Assembly: GCF_018977255.1 (NCBI RefSeq)
Contig: NW_024704742.1
Coordinates: 32,490,001 to 32,554,000, forward strand
DNA: 64,000 bases
Direction of reading: 5' to 3'
Origin: Callorhinchus milii
Lineage: Eukaryota
Made by a program: the position numbers and the translations under genes
The notes under the pieces: model-generated
Database searches by the model: none
Told to the model about the DNA's origin: nothing
What the model saw: only the letters and a program-made list of their open reading frames with translations
Shown here: positions 25,501 through 38,911 of the stretch, piece by piece
Numbering within the stretch: position 1 is the first letter of the stretch
Layout of the letters: every line of letters starts with the position of its first letter

Positions 25501-28500
25501 GTGGAGTATGAATCTATGGAAACCAACAATTATTTTCAGAAATTAATTGGTCAAGCACATCTAAAATGAATGCACGTAGAAGCACAATACCAACACTACA
25601 CCACAACTCTAATAAAACATTGGTTCAACTCAAGAAACAATTTGCTACTTGAATTAATTGTCATCTGTCATCCTTTGCTGCCACACTCTACAGAACTGAA
25701 AGGCAGTAGCTGAAACTCACACATCGGATAGCTATCCAACCAGAGCCAACTAACAACATTTTGGAATAATGTTAATTCAGGCTTAATTTGGAAGCCGTTT
25801 ATCTGTAGTCTTTCGTAAAGAAAATTGTAGAAAACTGGCTTCCAAATTAAGATTAAATCTGCATATGTTATAACGTTTTGCATGGTGTTTAATTTCAAGG
25901 CTTTAGGGCTCCTTTTATTAGATATTCTGGATGTCTGGTCCTTTCATTGTTCTGAAGGAATTCATACACGCACCACTCATGTTGCAGAATTCAAATAAAG
26001 GATATATTTGGATGGCATACTGATATAATAATTTTACTGAATACAAAAATGTTTAAGTATATAACTGGCATAAATAGTAACAAGCACTAACAATCCTGTA
26101 GCTCAGCGGTTAGAGCACTCGCCTCGCAAGCAAGAGACCTGGATTTGATTCCCGGCGGGGCAAAATGTTGTGTAAGTTTTCTTACCCCACATGCCTCTGT
26201 TTACCTAGCAGTAAGTTGTTAGTCAATTGGCGGCTCGCTTTTCCAGGGTTAATAATTCCTTTAAAAAAACCTAATAATTGGTCACTCAATCCACGACTGT
26301 TTGTGGGACACTGCTGTGCGCAATAGGCTGCCGCATTTTGGCCACAAAATATACAGTCAATTCACTTTACAGTATATTCTGTGAACCGCTTTAAGACGCC
26401 TCAAAGACATGATAAGGCGCTATATCAAATGCAATATTGTTATTATCATCCTGCTGAGGGAGGGGGATAGGGAGATAATCATGGTCTCCTTGGAACTGAA
26501 CTGGCAAGTGAATATCAGAAAAGGCAATCCTTTGTGGCAATCTCAGTGGTGCGCATCCTGAGCCAAAGCTATGCAGTTTTAGCTGGTTGAACTGCAGCAG
26601 TATCTCAACACACTCTTGAGGGTCCACAAGCTTCAGCCAATACTCTCCAGAATTAGGTAAGTAGGATGTGTCCCACCAGGTGGCATACATATATGAAAAA
26701 GTGTCTGGTTTGGATACTCTTAAGCATATGTTACTGCATACATCAAACTCCTGGCTGACCAAACATAACCATCTGTAATTTCATTCAGCTACGCCTTTGC
26801 TGCTTTTGAACGACAGATCTGTTAAGTTGTAATGTACAGAATCTGCCTCCGATTTACATTCAATTTTCATATTTGGAATGTCTTTTGCATTACAAACCTG
26901 TTGGCTCTTTGAGACATCAGCTCACCCCATTTGGACCCACTTGAATATTCTAGAATCAAGTGAATATCCATCTCATCTACTGCCTTGCTCGTAACTAAAA
27001 GAGGGGAAAAAGATTTAAAATAAGCTTCTGGTCAGGATTGTGAAAGGTATATGCTTTATCACATGAAACTATTTTTGCTCAATTGTTGCCTTGAATACAA
27101 ATCTAAACAATAAAAAATTTCAAAAATGCTTATAGTTTTATTAAGATTATTAATATTGTCAAGCTCAGCATTTTATTTTCTCTATTTTCTGCTTGATGAG
27201 GTAAACAACCACCCTGCTCCAAAGAACTGTACGTGACAATCCTGTTTCTACTCGGAGATGTACAAGAGCGGCTCACTCTCCAATTTCTCTCCCTTGCTAA
27301 GTAGAAGTGCCTCCTCTCCTGCTCTGCACTACATCTGCTCTCGACAGTACACTCAATATTGGGAACTGTGCATTCACTGGAGGCATTGTCTGGTATTGAT
27401 CAATGCTGTTTATATGTTCAATATCTCAGCTATTTCAAGCTTCCCGTCACCCCCAATCCAACCATGGTATACACTGATAGTAAATATTCAGGTTCCAAAG
27501 ATGGCATTTTTTTCAAACAGAAAAGGCACATAAACATAATGTGTCGTGAATCGAAGGAAAACGTGTCAGTGCTTGACAAGTACAAGTCAAACATGGTTTT
27601 CTTTGTACAAACCAGTCACATGTTCCTGAAGGACGTCAACAAGGTCAGAGGTTAGACGGCTCCCCATGAGCACCTCACAGCCTTCTATTGCAAGGCGATT
27701 TGCCATGACTGGCGCATTTCCACCCAGTGACCATCGCACTCGCGGAAGACTTTGTGTGGCTTTCACCAACTGACGAAATAGCGTGATGTTTGAAACAAAA
27801 CGTCTGAAAACAAGCATATCAATTTGGTCATTAATCATAACTCACAGGATTTGAACAGTGGTAAAATGACTCAGTAATACACGCATACAATAACTATACA
27901 AGGCTTTTCATTTGCAGTATTATTGAATGTAAAAAATGTTTGCTAACTTGACACCCACTGAGCTCAGTCAGAATACATGGAAAGCTGAGAGGATACTATT
28001 CGATTACACAATGACTGCTTTTCCCCAGAAAGAGGAAACTGAAAACTGCAATGTGTAATCTTTTCTGCGTGGTCACTGAAACTTTAATACAGTATCTGGC
28101 AAGACTCCTATGTCTAGCAGTAACAGATTGAATTCATATTAGTAGAAACACAGATATTAGACCAGAGTGGATGCTAATACAACTCTATACAGAAATTCAA
28201 TTCCTTCACACCAACATTCTGAACAACTCATCCAATCCAGATCATCTCATTATAATAAATAAAATACAAATAAAAAAAGGTTAAATCTTTGTATCTATTT
28301 GTTTTTTTAATTAAAGAGTCACAATGACACACATGTAGCTGTATTTATTCAGATCAATCCTCAAATAGATATCTGTGTCTAATGTTAAGGAACTCATTAA
28401 CATTTTGTTAAACCTGATTAAAGGGAACTAAAGTGCTCTTTCATTACAAGAGAGGTAGATTTCAATTCACTCCATATTGAAAGTCACAGAGCAAAACCAC

Positions 28501-30594
28501 CACAATAATAATAACTACAACTGATATAGCATCTTATCACATCATTTTCACAGGATACAATGAAAGTCGCGTGACTGTGTGTATTTTGTGGGCGAACAAT
28601 TCCACACATTGAGGCAACCTCACTCAGAGAAGCCATGCATACAAGTAGTTTTCAAATGTTCCATTTTAAATTGTGCTTTAAACTTATTTTAGTGAGTTAG
28701 TTAATACTATAGTATTGCATTCCAATGGGAGGTCAGATAACTCAGAGATCATGGATCAAATCAGATTGGACAGTATGGCTTAACTACCCTTACCGTGATT
28801 TTAAATCTAACATTTCAAAATGAACTAATGTATATTAAAAATGATATCTAAATAAAACAAACAAATTAGTCTCCTTTACAATTATAGGAGTAGGTGATTT
28901 CTAAACCTAATGCAACTGTTTAATCTAACACTGTACTTAGAAGTTATTGCAGCTCCATTGAGCCTCATTACTATTCCAACAAAATGGAATACCTCAGGGC
29001 ACACACTATCTTTATGAATTATGACTCCCAATTATCAAAATACTTTAAAAAATAATCAAACTAAAATATACATCTCTGTCCAAGCCAAGGTATAGTTTTA
29101 ACGAGTTCACTCAATTCACATCATTTCCTTACTCTGATGCAGCTCCAGGACGAAAGAAGTATGCAAAGCTTTCAGCCAGATGTTCCTCTGTCTTAATGTC
29201 ATTGTGGTGGATGGGTTTGTTACTGGGTCTGACGCCAGCTTTGTTTAACAAAGCAACTCCATCTGCAACAATGTCGAGGCAGCCACCAAATCCTGCAATG
29301 TGTAATTATTATGAATATAGGTGGGTTTGAGGAACAAAAAATAAGAGGTTAGATATTGCTGGAATAAACATATTTGATTAACTTGCATGCAATTCTGTGA
29401 ACTATATTTCAACTACAGTATGCCCTTCTCTCAAAGCTAGAGATAACTATTCAAAACGCAGGTGGTTGCTACCACTAATTTGCTTACATTTCTTCCAACC
29501 AACTCTTTGAATTAAAATTTACATCTATAAAACAAAGACCAGGAAAGGAAGCGAAACAATTTTACGGAAATTTCTCCTAGTATCCTGAACAACAATCCCC
29601 TAATAAAATTGGTTACTCACACCGTGGCTTGTGGGTTATTGCTGTGCGCAATGCTGTGAATACAGATCACTCATTCCTGTGGCTACCACATTCGCCCACA
29701 AAACAATCACTTGTGAAGGACTTTAAGACATCGTTAACCTCGTGTCTGACACTTGCGGAAATCTATCCTCATACTTAAGTGTATCCAAATTAAACAGAGC
29801 TCCGTGCATCCCACCAATAAATGGAAATTCCAGATAGATTGTCGGAATAATCACTCTCTCCCTGGAGGGACACATTCTGCTTACCTAATTCCAGAAAGTA
29901 TTGGCTCCAGGTTAGCAACAGCCAAGGCTTGGGGTCCCCAGAGTGTTCATTGGGGTACTGCTGGTGTCTAACCAATTAAAACCGCATAATAATCCTTGCA
30001 TTTGACATAGCGCTTTATCATATCTTCAAGACATCTCAAAGCGTTTCACAGGGTATAGCTTGCCATTGAGTGCAGTGCCCAGCAAGGTTTCCCGCTGCTT
30101 GTCCAGCTAGAACCACGCTACCCATTAGGGCTTTGGCTTGCAAGGTCAACGGGAGCCGAGTGGGAAAAGTCCCTGCCCCCTGTGACTGGTCTGGCCTTCC
30201 AAATCCTACCAATGAGGCTGTGCTGTCATCAGCAGTGCTCTGGAATAGTGCGGACCCACTTAGCTCAGGAACTGGATTACCGAGATCGTCACTGAGTATT
30301 GGCTCGATTCTGACATTCCTTTGCAAAACATGTCACCTTGGAGCCAGTTCAAGGAGATCCCAACGTAAAAGACATATTACTAAATGTATAGCTCATCATC
30401 ATTATTATCTTACGAATGGGGAATCAAGTTTGGATTGGGATCTAAAAGACCTCCCCTTTAAGATAAGTAACAATGTAGCCGAAATTTCCCTTTCGGAAAG
30501 ACTGTGGACTCCTTTTTCCTTTTAATCCTGCATAATTCCAACACCTCACCAAAGCTGCTATTCTTCATGCATTCATTTTCGAGTGAGTCATAAC

Positions 30595-30632
<38 letters not shown>

Positions 30633-32046
30633 GAGGGTGGGGGAGAATTCTAGAGGTGGGTAAGCATCACAGCCTGGAGTAGTCTACACATGTGCATAAC
30701 AGCAGGAGGTCACTTTGCTGGTTATCAAAAGTAGGAATCGCGCTGTTTTTCTTCTTCCCTAACCCCGCTGCCGGCAACCAATTGTAACAGCTCTACCCGT
30801 GCCCTGCCTGAGATCAGCTAACTCAGCACAGACTGGAGAACCCACCTAAATCATTCCAAGTCTGTATGGATCCAGCTACTCACTGAACGGGCTTGCTCGA
30901 ACATCAGGGGACCAAAGTGATAACCTTCAATGGCAATTATATTCATAACTCACAACCGTTTCTTTTCTTAAGAGCTTATAAATCCCCCCTTTCTCACAAA
31001 ACAGTGGAGTCCTGTGGCCCAGTGGTTAGAGCACTCGCTCGCAAGCGAGGGACCCGGGTTCGATTCCCGGCAGGGCGAAATGTTGGGCAAGTTTCCTTAC
31101 TCCACAGCGCCTTGGGACGTCCTCCCGACGTGAAAGGCGCTCTATAAATGGAATCTTGTTGTTGTTGTTGTTGTTGTGTCTCTGTTTACCAGCGGTAAGT
31201 AGGAACCCGGTTGTTAGTCGATGGGCGGATCGCTTTTCAGGTAACAATTCCTTCAAAGCAATAATAATTTGGTCACTCAATCCACGACTGTTTGTGGGGA
31301 CACTGCTGTGCGCAATTGGCTGCCGCGTTTTGCCCACAAATATACAGTCAATTCACTTTACAGTATATTCTCTGAAGTGCTTTGAGACGTCCTCCCCCAC
31401 TCGCACAAACCCACCCCACCCCCCCCACACGCATAAAGCTACTCACTCGTCACCATCCACGTCGACACCCCCCCCCCCACCCCGAGTCTCCCCCACCCCG
31501 AGTCTCCCCCCCCCCCCCCCCCGGCCCTGAGTCTCCCCCCACCCCGAGTCCCCCCCCAGCCCCGAGTCCCCCCCCCCCCGGCCCCGAGTCCCCCACCCCG
31601 GCCCCGAGTCCCCCACCCCGGCCCCGAGTCTCCCCCCCCGGCCCCGAGTCCCCCACCCCGGCCCGAGTCTCCCCCACCCCGAGTCTCCCCCCGGCCCCGA
31701 GTCCCCCACCCCGGCCCCGAGTCTCCCCCCACCCCGAGTCTCCCCCCGGCCCCGAGTCCCCCCCCGGCCCCGGGCCCCCCCCTCCCCGTCCCGCCCCAAC
31801 CCACATCTTGCTCCGCCCCAAACGTCTCGCCCCATCCCCGCATCTCCCCCCCCATCTGCCCCGATGCTCACCGACTGCGACTCGGGGCCGCTGCTCCAGA
31901 TCCACTTTGCTCTCGGCTTTGAGCAGCGATGACAAGACGGTCTCCAGCCGCCCATCCAGCTCGTCCTGCACCTGCTGCCGGTACCAGTAAGCCGCCAGGA
32001 CCACGAGCAGCGAGAAAGCCGCCCCGAACCTCAGGCCCGGAGCCAT
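21878..32046 (-). CDS. ADPGK: ADP-dependent glucokinase family protein (probably adpgk2-type paralogue), complete, 475 aa, N-terminal hydrophobic anchor
   Basis: Exons 32046-31872, 29292-29133, 27803-27613, 26994-26898, 25513-25377, 22545-21878 = 1428 nt in frame. Motifs VAVGFGGCLD, WSLGGNAPVMANR, DIHLILEY, RANRFILHSD, IHFEMAS, DSLGMNEQEL, LHVHTLAFQ, TVGGGDNISAA (ribokinase-fold GxGD). Confidence 0.93.
23229..23470. mobile_element. Hairpin repeat, possibly a Penelope-like terminal remnant (another copy about 40375-40580)
   Basis: Arms CAAAAACATAAGTCG..CAGGCAGCATCTATGGA and TCCATAGATGCTGCCTG..CGACTTATGTTTTTG. Confidence 0.6.
24561..24871 (-). mobile_element. tRNA-derived SINE (short subfamily)
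   Basis: Full head/core/tail; close to 40912-41227. Confidence 0.87.
25377..25513 (-). CDS. ADPGK: ADPGK-like exon 5
   Basis: catag|FILHSDSSNPMLESLEDF...LVVSGLQMMDNFPFKQ|gtgag. Confidence 0.92.
25782..25851. repeat. Core of the same palindromic family
   Basis: Perfect 15-bp arms CTTAATTTGGAAGCC / GGCTTCCAAATTAAG. Confidence 0.75.
26094..26447 (+). mobile_element. tRNA-derived SINE (long subfamily)
   Basis: Head, extra internal segment, core, tail. Confidence 0.83.
26898..26994 (-). CDS. ADPGK: ADPGK-like exon 4
   Basis: tttag|TSKAVDEMDIHLILEYSSGSKWGELMSQRAN R|gtttg. Confidence 0.92.
27613..27803 (-). CDS. ADPGK: ADPGK-like exon 3
   Basis: ttcag|RFVSNITLF...WSLGGNAPVMANRLAIEGCEVL...EHVT|gtttg. 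Confidence 0.92.
29133..29292 (-). CDS. ADPGK: ADPGK-like exon 2
   Basis: tgcag|GFGGCLDIVADGV...SFAYFFRPGAASE|gtaag. Confidence 0.92.
30598..30630. repeat. (TG)n microsatellite
   Basis: Direct inspection. Confidence 0.9.
31006..31392 (+). mobile_element. tRNA-derived SINE interrupted by an L2 3' tail (about 31105-31177)
   Basis: Head, then CAGCGCCTTGGGACGTCC...(TTG)n, then SINE body resumes. Confidence 0.8.
31468..31800. repeat. C-rich minisatellite (CCCGAGTC(T)CCCCCACC/GG units, about 17-20 bp)
   Basis: Tandem array in ADPGK intron 1. Confidence 0.9.
31872..32046 (-). CDS. ADPGK: ADPGK-like exon 1
   Basis: ACAGCCATGG Kozak; MAPGLRFGAAFSLLVVLAAYWY...RPRVAV G|gtgag. Confidence 0.9.
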
Positions 32047-32049
32047 GGC

Positions 32050-32550
32050 TGTGGACCCCTGGACTCGGCGGTCACCGGGCAACGTGGAAGCTGCTGTTAC
32101 CCGGGAAACCTGGAGCCGCCGCCGCCGCCTCCCCCGGGAGCCGGTGAGGGACGAAACGCGGTGGGATCAGGGGCCTAACTCGGCCGTGACCGGGACCATC
32201 GCTTCCCGGTGCCGCGGGTCGGGTTTTTTTTTTTCCTCCTCCTTTTTGAGGGATAACCCGGCGGCCGCCGCTGCCTCAGCCACAGCCACAGCCCCCCGGA
32301 CATATGTGTCGCTCTCCGGGAGGAGCAGGGGGCGGGCCCACCGCGCCTGAGCGACACGCAAGTCGAACCAATCGGCTGAGGGCGACTGGCCTGCTCGCCA
32401 ATCGGGTGCGGCGCCTGGGGCGGGACTTCCCGCGCCACGGGTTTGGTTGAGCGGCGGGTTTTAGCGAGCGAGTTAGGTTGGCCGCGAGGCTCACCTGGCG
32501 GACAAAGGGCAACAAAGAGCGGCGCCTGCGCACTGCCACTGCCTGACAGC
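32050..32550. promoter_or_regulatory. CpG-island promoter / 5' UTR of ADPGK-like gene, with bidirectional-promoter-type motifs
   Basis: CpG dense; GC boxes near 32327 and 32417; CCAAT at 32368 and 32398; E2F-like TTCCCGCGCC 32427-32436; NRF1-like GCGCCTGCGCA 32522-32532. Confidence 0.75.
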
Positions 32551-32677
32551 CACCTGAGCAGCCACAGGGCTCAGCACTGAGGGGGTCAGGCAAACAACCT
32601 GTGACTGGCCTCACCTCCCTCCAGCTGCTGGGACCATCACTGCGGGAAGGGATGCGTGACCGAGATGTGGACAGGAA

Positions 32678-32704
32678 GATGATGATGATGATGATGATGA
32701 TGAT
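32678..32704. repeat. (GAT)9 microsatellite
   Basis: Direct inspection. Confidence 0.9.
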
Positions 32705-33063
32705 CAGGGCAGGCCCCTGCCGGGCAGGGATTGTAATTGTGTTGAATTTTTTTTTATATTGACTGCACAGATGCAGATTAAATTTGTTGTGCATATAAAT
32801 ATAATCCAAGCAGTTTCCTGATGAAAGTAGAACTGTCACATCTATTCCTGGTTTAAGTCGGCAATGAATATTGTTTTGCATAACAGTATATAAGCAATAG
32901 GTATTGTTCATTCAGGAGCAGTGCACACAAAGTTTGTGATTGAAAAAGGGATCTAGATTCTGATTTCTAAAAGTGAGGTATAAATTGATGCTGACATTTT
33001 AAAATGAGTTTAACCCAACCCTCACAAGTACTATTGTTGTAAAGTTTAATTTGTATTTTTCAG

Positions 33064-34115
33064 TACAAAGGCCCGTACTTCTGCATCAATCATTCTGCGA
33101 GGAGCAAATGATTTCATGTGTGATGAGATGGAGCGCTCCCTACATGATGCACTCTGTGTTGTGAAGAGAGTGCTTGAGTCCAAGTCTTTAGTTCCAGGAG
33201 GTGGGGCTGTGGAAGCTGCACTCTCCATCTACCTGGAAAACTATGCAACTAGTTTGGTATGGGTTTAATTGTATTTCAAGATTATTGGGGGAGGGCACTT
33301 TTACCGTACGCTTTGAGCTGATTAACCAGGGATTACTGTCCATATTAATTTGCAGTATTAAAAATTATTTTAGGAAAATAAGTTAAAAGTACTTCATGTA
33401 TTTAACTGTTGGTTGTCTTTTTGTTTAGGGATCACGTGAACAACTTGCCATTGCAGAATTTGCCCGGGCCATGTTGATTATTCCTAAGACTCTGGCAGTG
33501 AATGCTGCTCAGGATTCTCCAGACCTTGTTGCAAAGTTGCGTGCATTCCACAACGAAGCTCAGGTCAATCCTGATCGCAAAACTTTGAAATGGTAAAAAT
33601 TTTATTGTACTGTGGTCTGCAAAAGATTGTGACTTGAGACCCATTGTTGTCTGAATCAGCGATGAAACTAAATTTGAACATTGTTGCAATTCATGAGCAA
33701 TCATTGATTTTTGGTGACCTGGTGCCCCAGATAGCAGTAAAGTGCAAAATTGATTTTCTCCATCTTGTTAAAGTAACTTTTATGGCTGAGTTGTCAGAAT
33801 TCAATCGGAAATTATGAATGTTTTACAATATTGTAGTGACTGGCTATTAAAACAGTGTTAATCAAATTCACATTTTGTTTGTGCAGGATTGGTCTTGATT
33901 TATTGAATAGGAAGCCAAGGGACAACAAACAAGCTGGTGTCTTTGAGCCTACTATGGTTAAAGTCAAGAGTCTGAAGTTTGCAACAGAAGCTGCTATAAC
34001 CATCCTGCGAATTGATGATCTCATCAAACTTTACCCAGATGAAAAGCAAGACAAAGGAGTTACCAAGATGCAGTTCAAAGTGGAGAGCTTAATGGCTGAA
34101 GCACCTGAGTTCTAA
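33064..34115 (+). pseudogene. TCP1: T-complex protein 1 alpha (CCT1), 3' fragment (exons 10-12 only), frameshifted in last exon
   Basis: Exons 33064-33256, 33429-33592, 33887-34115; SASIILRGANDFMCDEMERSLHDALCVVKRV, VPGGGAVEAALS, FATEAAITILRIDDLIKL. No upstream exons fit between the ADPGK promoter and 33064. The conserved C-terminus SYQDAVQSGELNG* (34058-34099) is out of frame. Confidence 0.85.
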
Positions 34116-34456
34116 AATCAGCTATTATAATTTATGTTTAACTCTTGGCATCCATCAGGTGCTTCTTGTACTTCTGTTCTAGATTGAGCAGCTTGTCATA
34201 CTTGTCTGAAATTCAGTGCCACTTGTTTAGTGCTCTGTTTAATTTACTATGCTTTTTTGTTTTATTGTGCTTTGTTCACATATACAGTATTTTTTTTTTT
34301 TTTATTTATACTATATCTCGATCTTTTTTTTTAGTGCTATTTGGCCAAACCGGATTTAAAAGACCTCTTACTTTGTTACCTATAGTCAACTCTTTCAAGT
34401 TATTTGTGCAAAATTATTTCCTGTACATTGACAGTTGTGCTTCAAGCTCCTTCGGA

Positions 34457-34462
34457 AATAAA
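34457..34462 (+). terminator. TCP1 candidate polyadenylation signal
   Basis: AATAAA; a second one at 34516-34521 followed by GT-rich sequence. Confidence 0.55.
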
Positions 34463-35258
34463 ATGTGACAGTTGTCAAGTGATCAGCCCATCTATGTAGG
34501 GACCTTAATTTCATGAATAAACGTTGATGTTGTGCTTCTGGTCTTTTCAAATCTAATTAATTGTGTATGTTATTTCATTGTGGACATGATTTCTCCCTCA
34601 CACAAATTCACTGGGGAAAACATTAATTAAAAATACTACTGGGGAAGGATGTAATAAGGCACTATATCAAATACAAGGATGATTATTATCTCCCCAAATA
34701 AGTAACCTCTCTGATTCTTGGTTGCTGATCTTACCATGGGGAATGATAAAACGCTCAAAAGTATTAGGGCAGCATTTGTAAATCAATTAAAGCAAAATTA
34801 AAATACAATGAATGTTCCCCTGCTTTCTCACATGTATTCAACCATCTTGCCCTTCTATAAATACTGGCACTTGATGTAATTTGAGAGTCAGTTTACAAGA
34901 TTCAGCAATGGTACATTGAGCAATTTATTTCATAAAGAAAAAATGGTCAATCTGAGTTGAGAGATAATAGGAAGGAGTTATAATAAAAGTTGGATTCCAT
35001 AAGAATATACTATGATTTCAAACTTCAGTACTTTTAATCAAATATTTAAAAGTTACACTAATTTTCAGAACCATTTTATGTGGACTGAAGTTTTGAATAG
35101 TTTTAAAACCTACCTACTTTACACATTCATTATAAAAACAAAATGCACCTACATTTCATTGGAATCAGGCTGTAACCTAAAATAAAAGCTCAATTTTATC
35201 CAGTCACTAGCTTAGCTGCAGAGTATCTTCAGTTCTTGTAGTAAAATTTAGGTGTAAT

Positions 35259-37626
<2,368 letters not shown>

Positions 37627-37789
37627 TTATATAAATATGTGCATGGCCAGAGACCTAGACGTCTCCAAGCGCTTCACAGAATATACTGTCAAGTGAATTG
37701 ACTTCATATTATGTGGGCAAATGCGGCAGCCAATTGCGCACAGCAGTGTCCCACAAACGGTCGTGGATTGAAGTGACCAATTTTTGTGA

Positions 37790-37881
37790 GTAAATGGAGT
37801 TGAAGTACAGATCAGCCATGATCTAATAGAATGGCGGGACAGACTCGAAGGGCTGAATGGCCTACTCCTGTTCTTATGTTC
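37790..37881 (+). mobile_element. Shark-type CR1/HE1 3' tail, abutting a truncated SINE (37657-37785)
   Basis: GATCAGCCATGATCT..GAATGGCGG..CTCGAAGGGCTGAATGGCCTACTCCTG. Confidence 0.75.
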
Positions 37882-38791
37882 CTGTGAATGGCACCTTTCG
37901 GGCTGGAAATGACCCAACAACCTAATGTCGCTGTCCAAAAGAGATAGAAGAGGATTGACGGCTGCACATTCGGGTTTCACAACTTACAAATGTTTTTCCA
38001 CTCTCATAGTTTAGACCCAGATCTGAGTGGGCTGTAGGAACCAAGAACTCCTTCTGAACTCTGGTTAATAATCTGTATTCATGTTTAAATAGATGTCCCA
38101 ATAATAATCTTTGCATTTGCTATAGCACCTTATCACATCCTTGAGATGTCTCAAAGCACTTCACATGATATACTGTAAAGTGAATTAACTGTGCATTTTC
38201 TGGGCAAAACAGAAATTAATTTAATTAATTAAAAATAAATGTAAATAATTTCATTTAAATGAATTAACTTAATTAGTTATGTCTATTAACTGAAGGACCA
38301 AAAAGGAGCCTCAGTGCTGATGGTGTTCCTGCTCACTTATCAAGGAAAGACCTAGGTCCCCTTTAGAATAATTCTTACATTTGACAAAATGTCTATAAGA
38401 TCAAATCATCTCAATGCGCTTCACAGGGAATTGCTGTAAAGTATACATGAAAGTAAGAGTCAATTTGTGCAGAGCAAGGTCCTGGAAACAGCCAGGAAGT
38501 CAATGACCAAATTATCTGAAGGAATGTTTTCCAGGACATCGGGAGAAACTCCCTTTTAATGTCCACCTGAAATGGCAGACAGGACCTCGGTTTAACGTTT
38601 AACATCTGGACAATGGAACCTCGCATAATGCAATCTTTTTTCAGCATTGCATTCGAATGTGCGTCTAGTCTGAGTTCAGTCTCAATGTGCTGTGTGAACC
38701 TATAACATTTTGATCCAAAGGTGAGATTGCTACCAACTAAGCCACGCTGATACATCAACAGATTAACAAGGCTCCCCCTGTACATACATAC

Positions 38792-38911
38792 CCACACACG
38801 TCCTTCTGTCAGGTCCAAGCTTCAGCCCAGTAGATGGGCAGCGACAGCGAATCTCTCCCTTCACCTCATCACAGCCATACTGACAGTTTGCCATCAAACA
38901 TGACATGGTAT
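38792..38911 (-). CDS. NPNT: NPNT exon 5 (EGF-like; phase-1 end)
   Basis: gtcag|[41 protein letters not shown]|gtatg; 120 nt. Confidence 0.93.

Noticed and set aside
31382..31990. Long Pro-rich and Gly-rich ORFs on both strands
   Set aside because: Produced by the stop-free C/G minisatellite; only 31872-32046 (-) is a real exon.
32740..33886. Intronic H/ACA snoRNAs (TCP1 hosts SNORA20/SNORA29 in mammals); weak hairpin near 32846-32917
   Set aside because: Could not place convincing H and ACA boxes or match the families by eye; an Infernal/Rfam search would decide.
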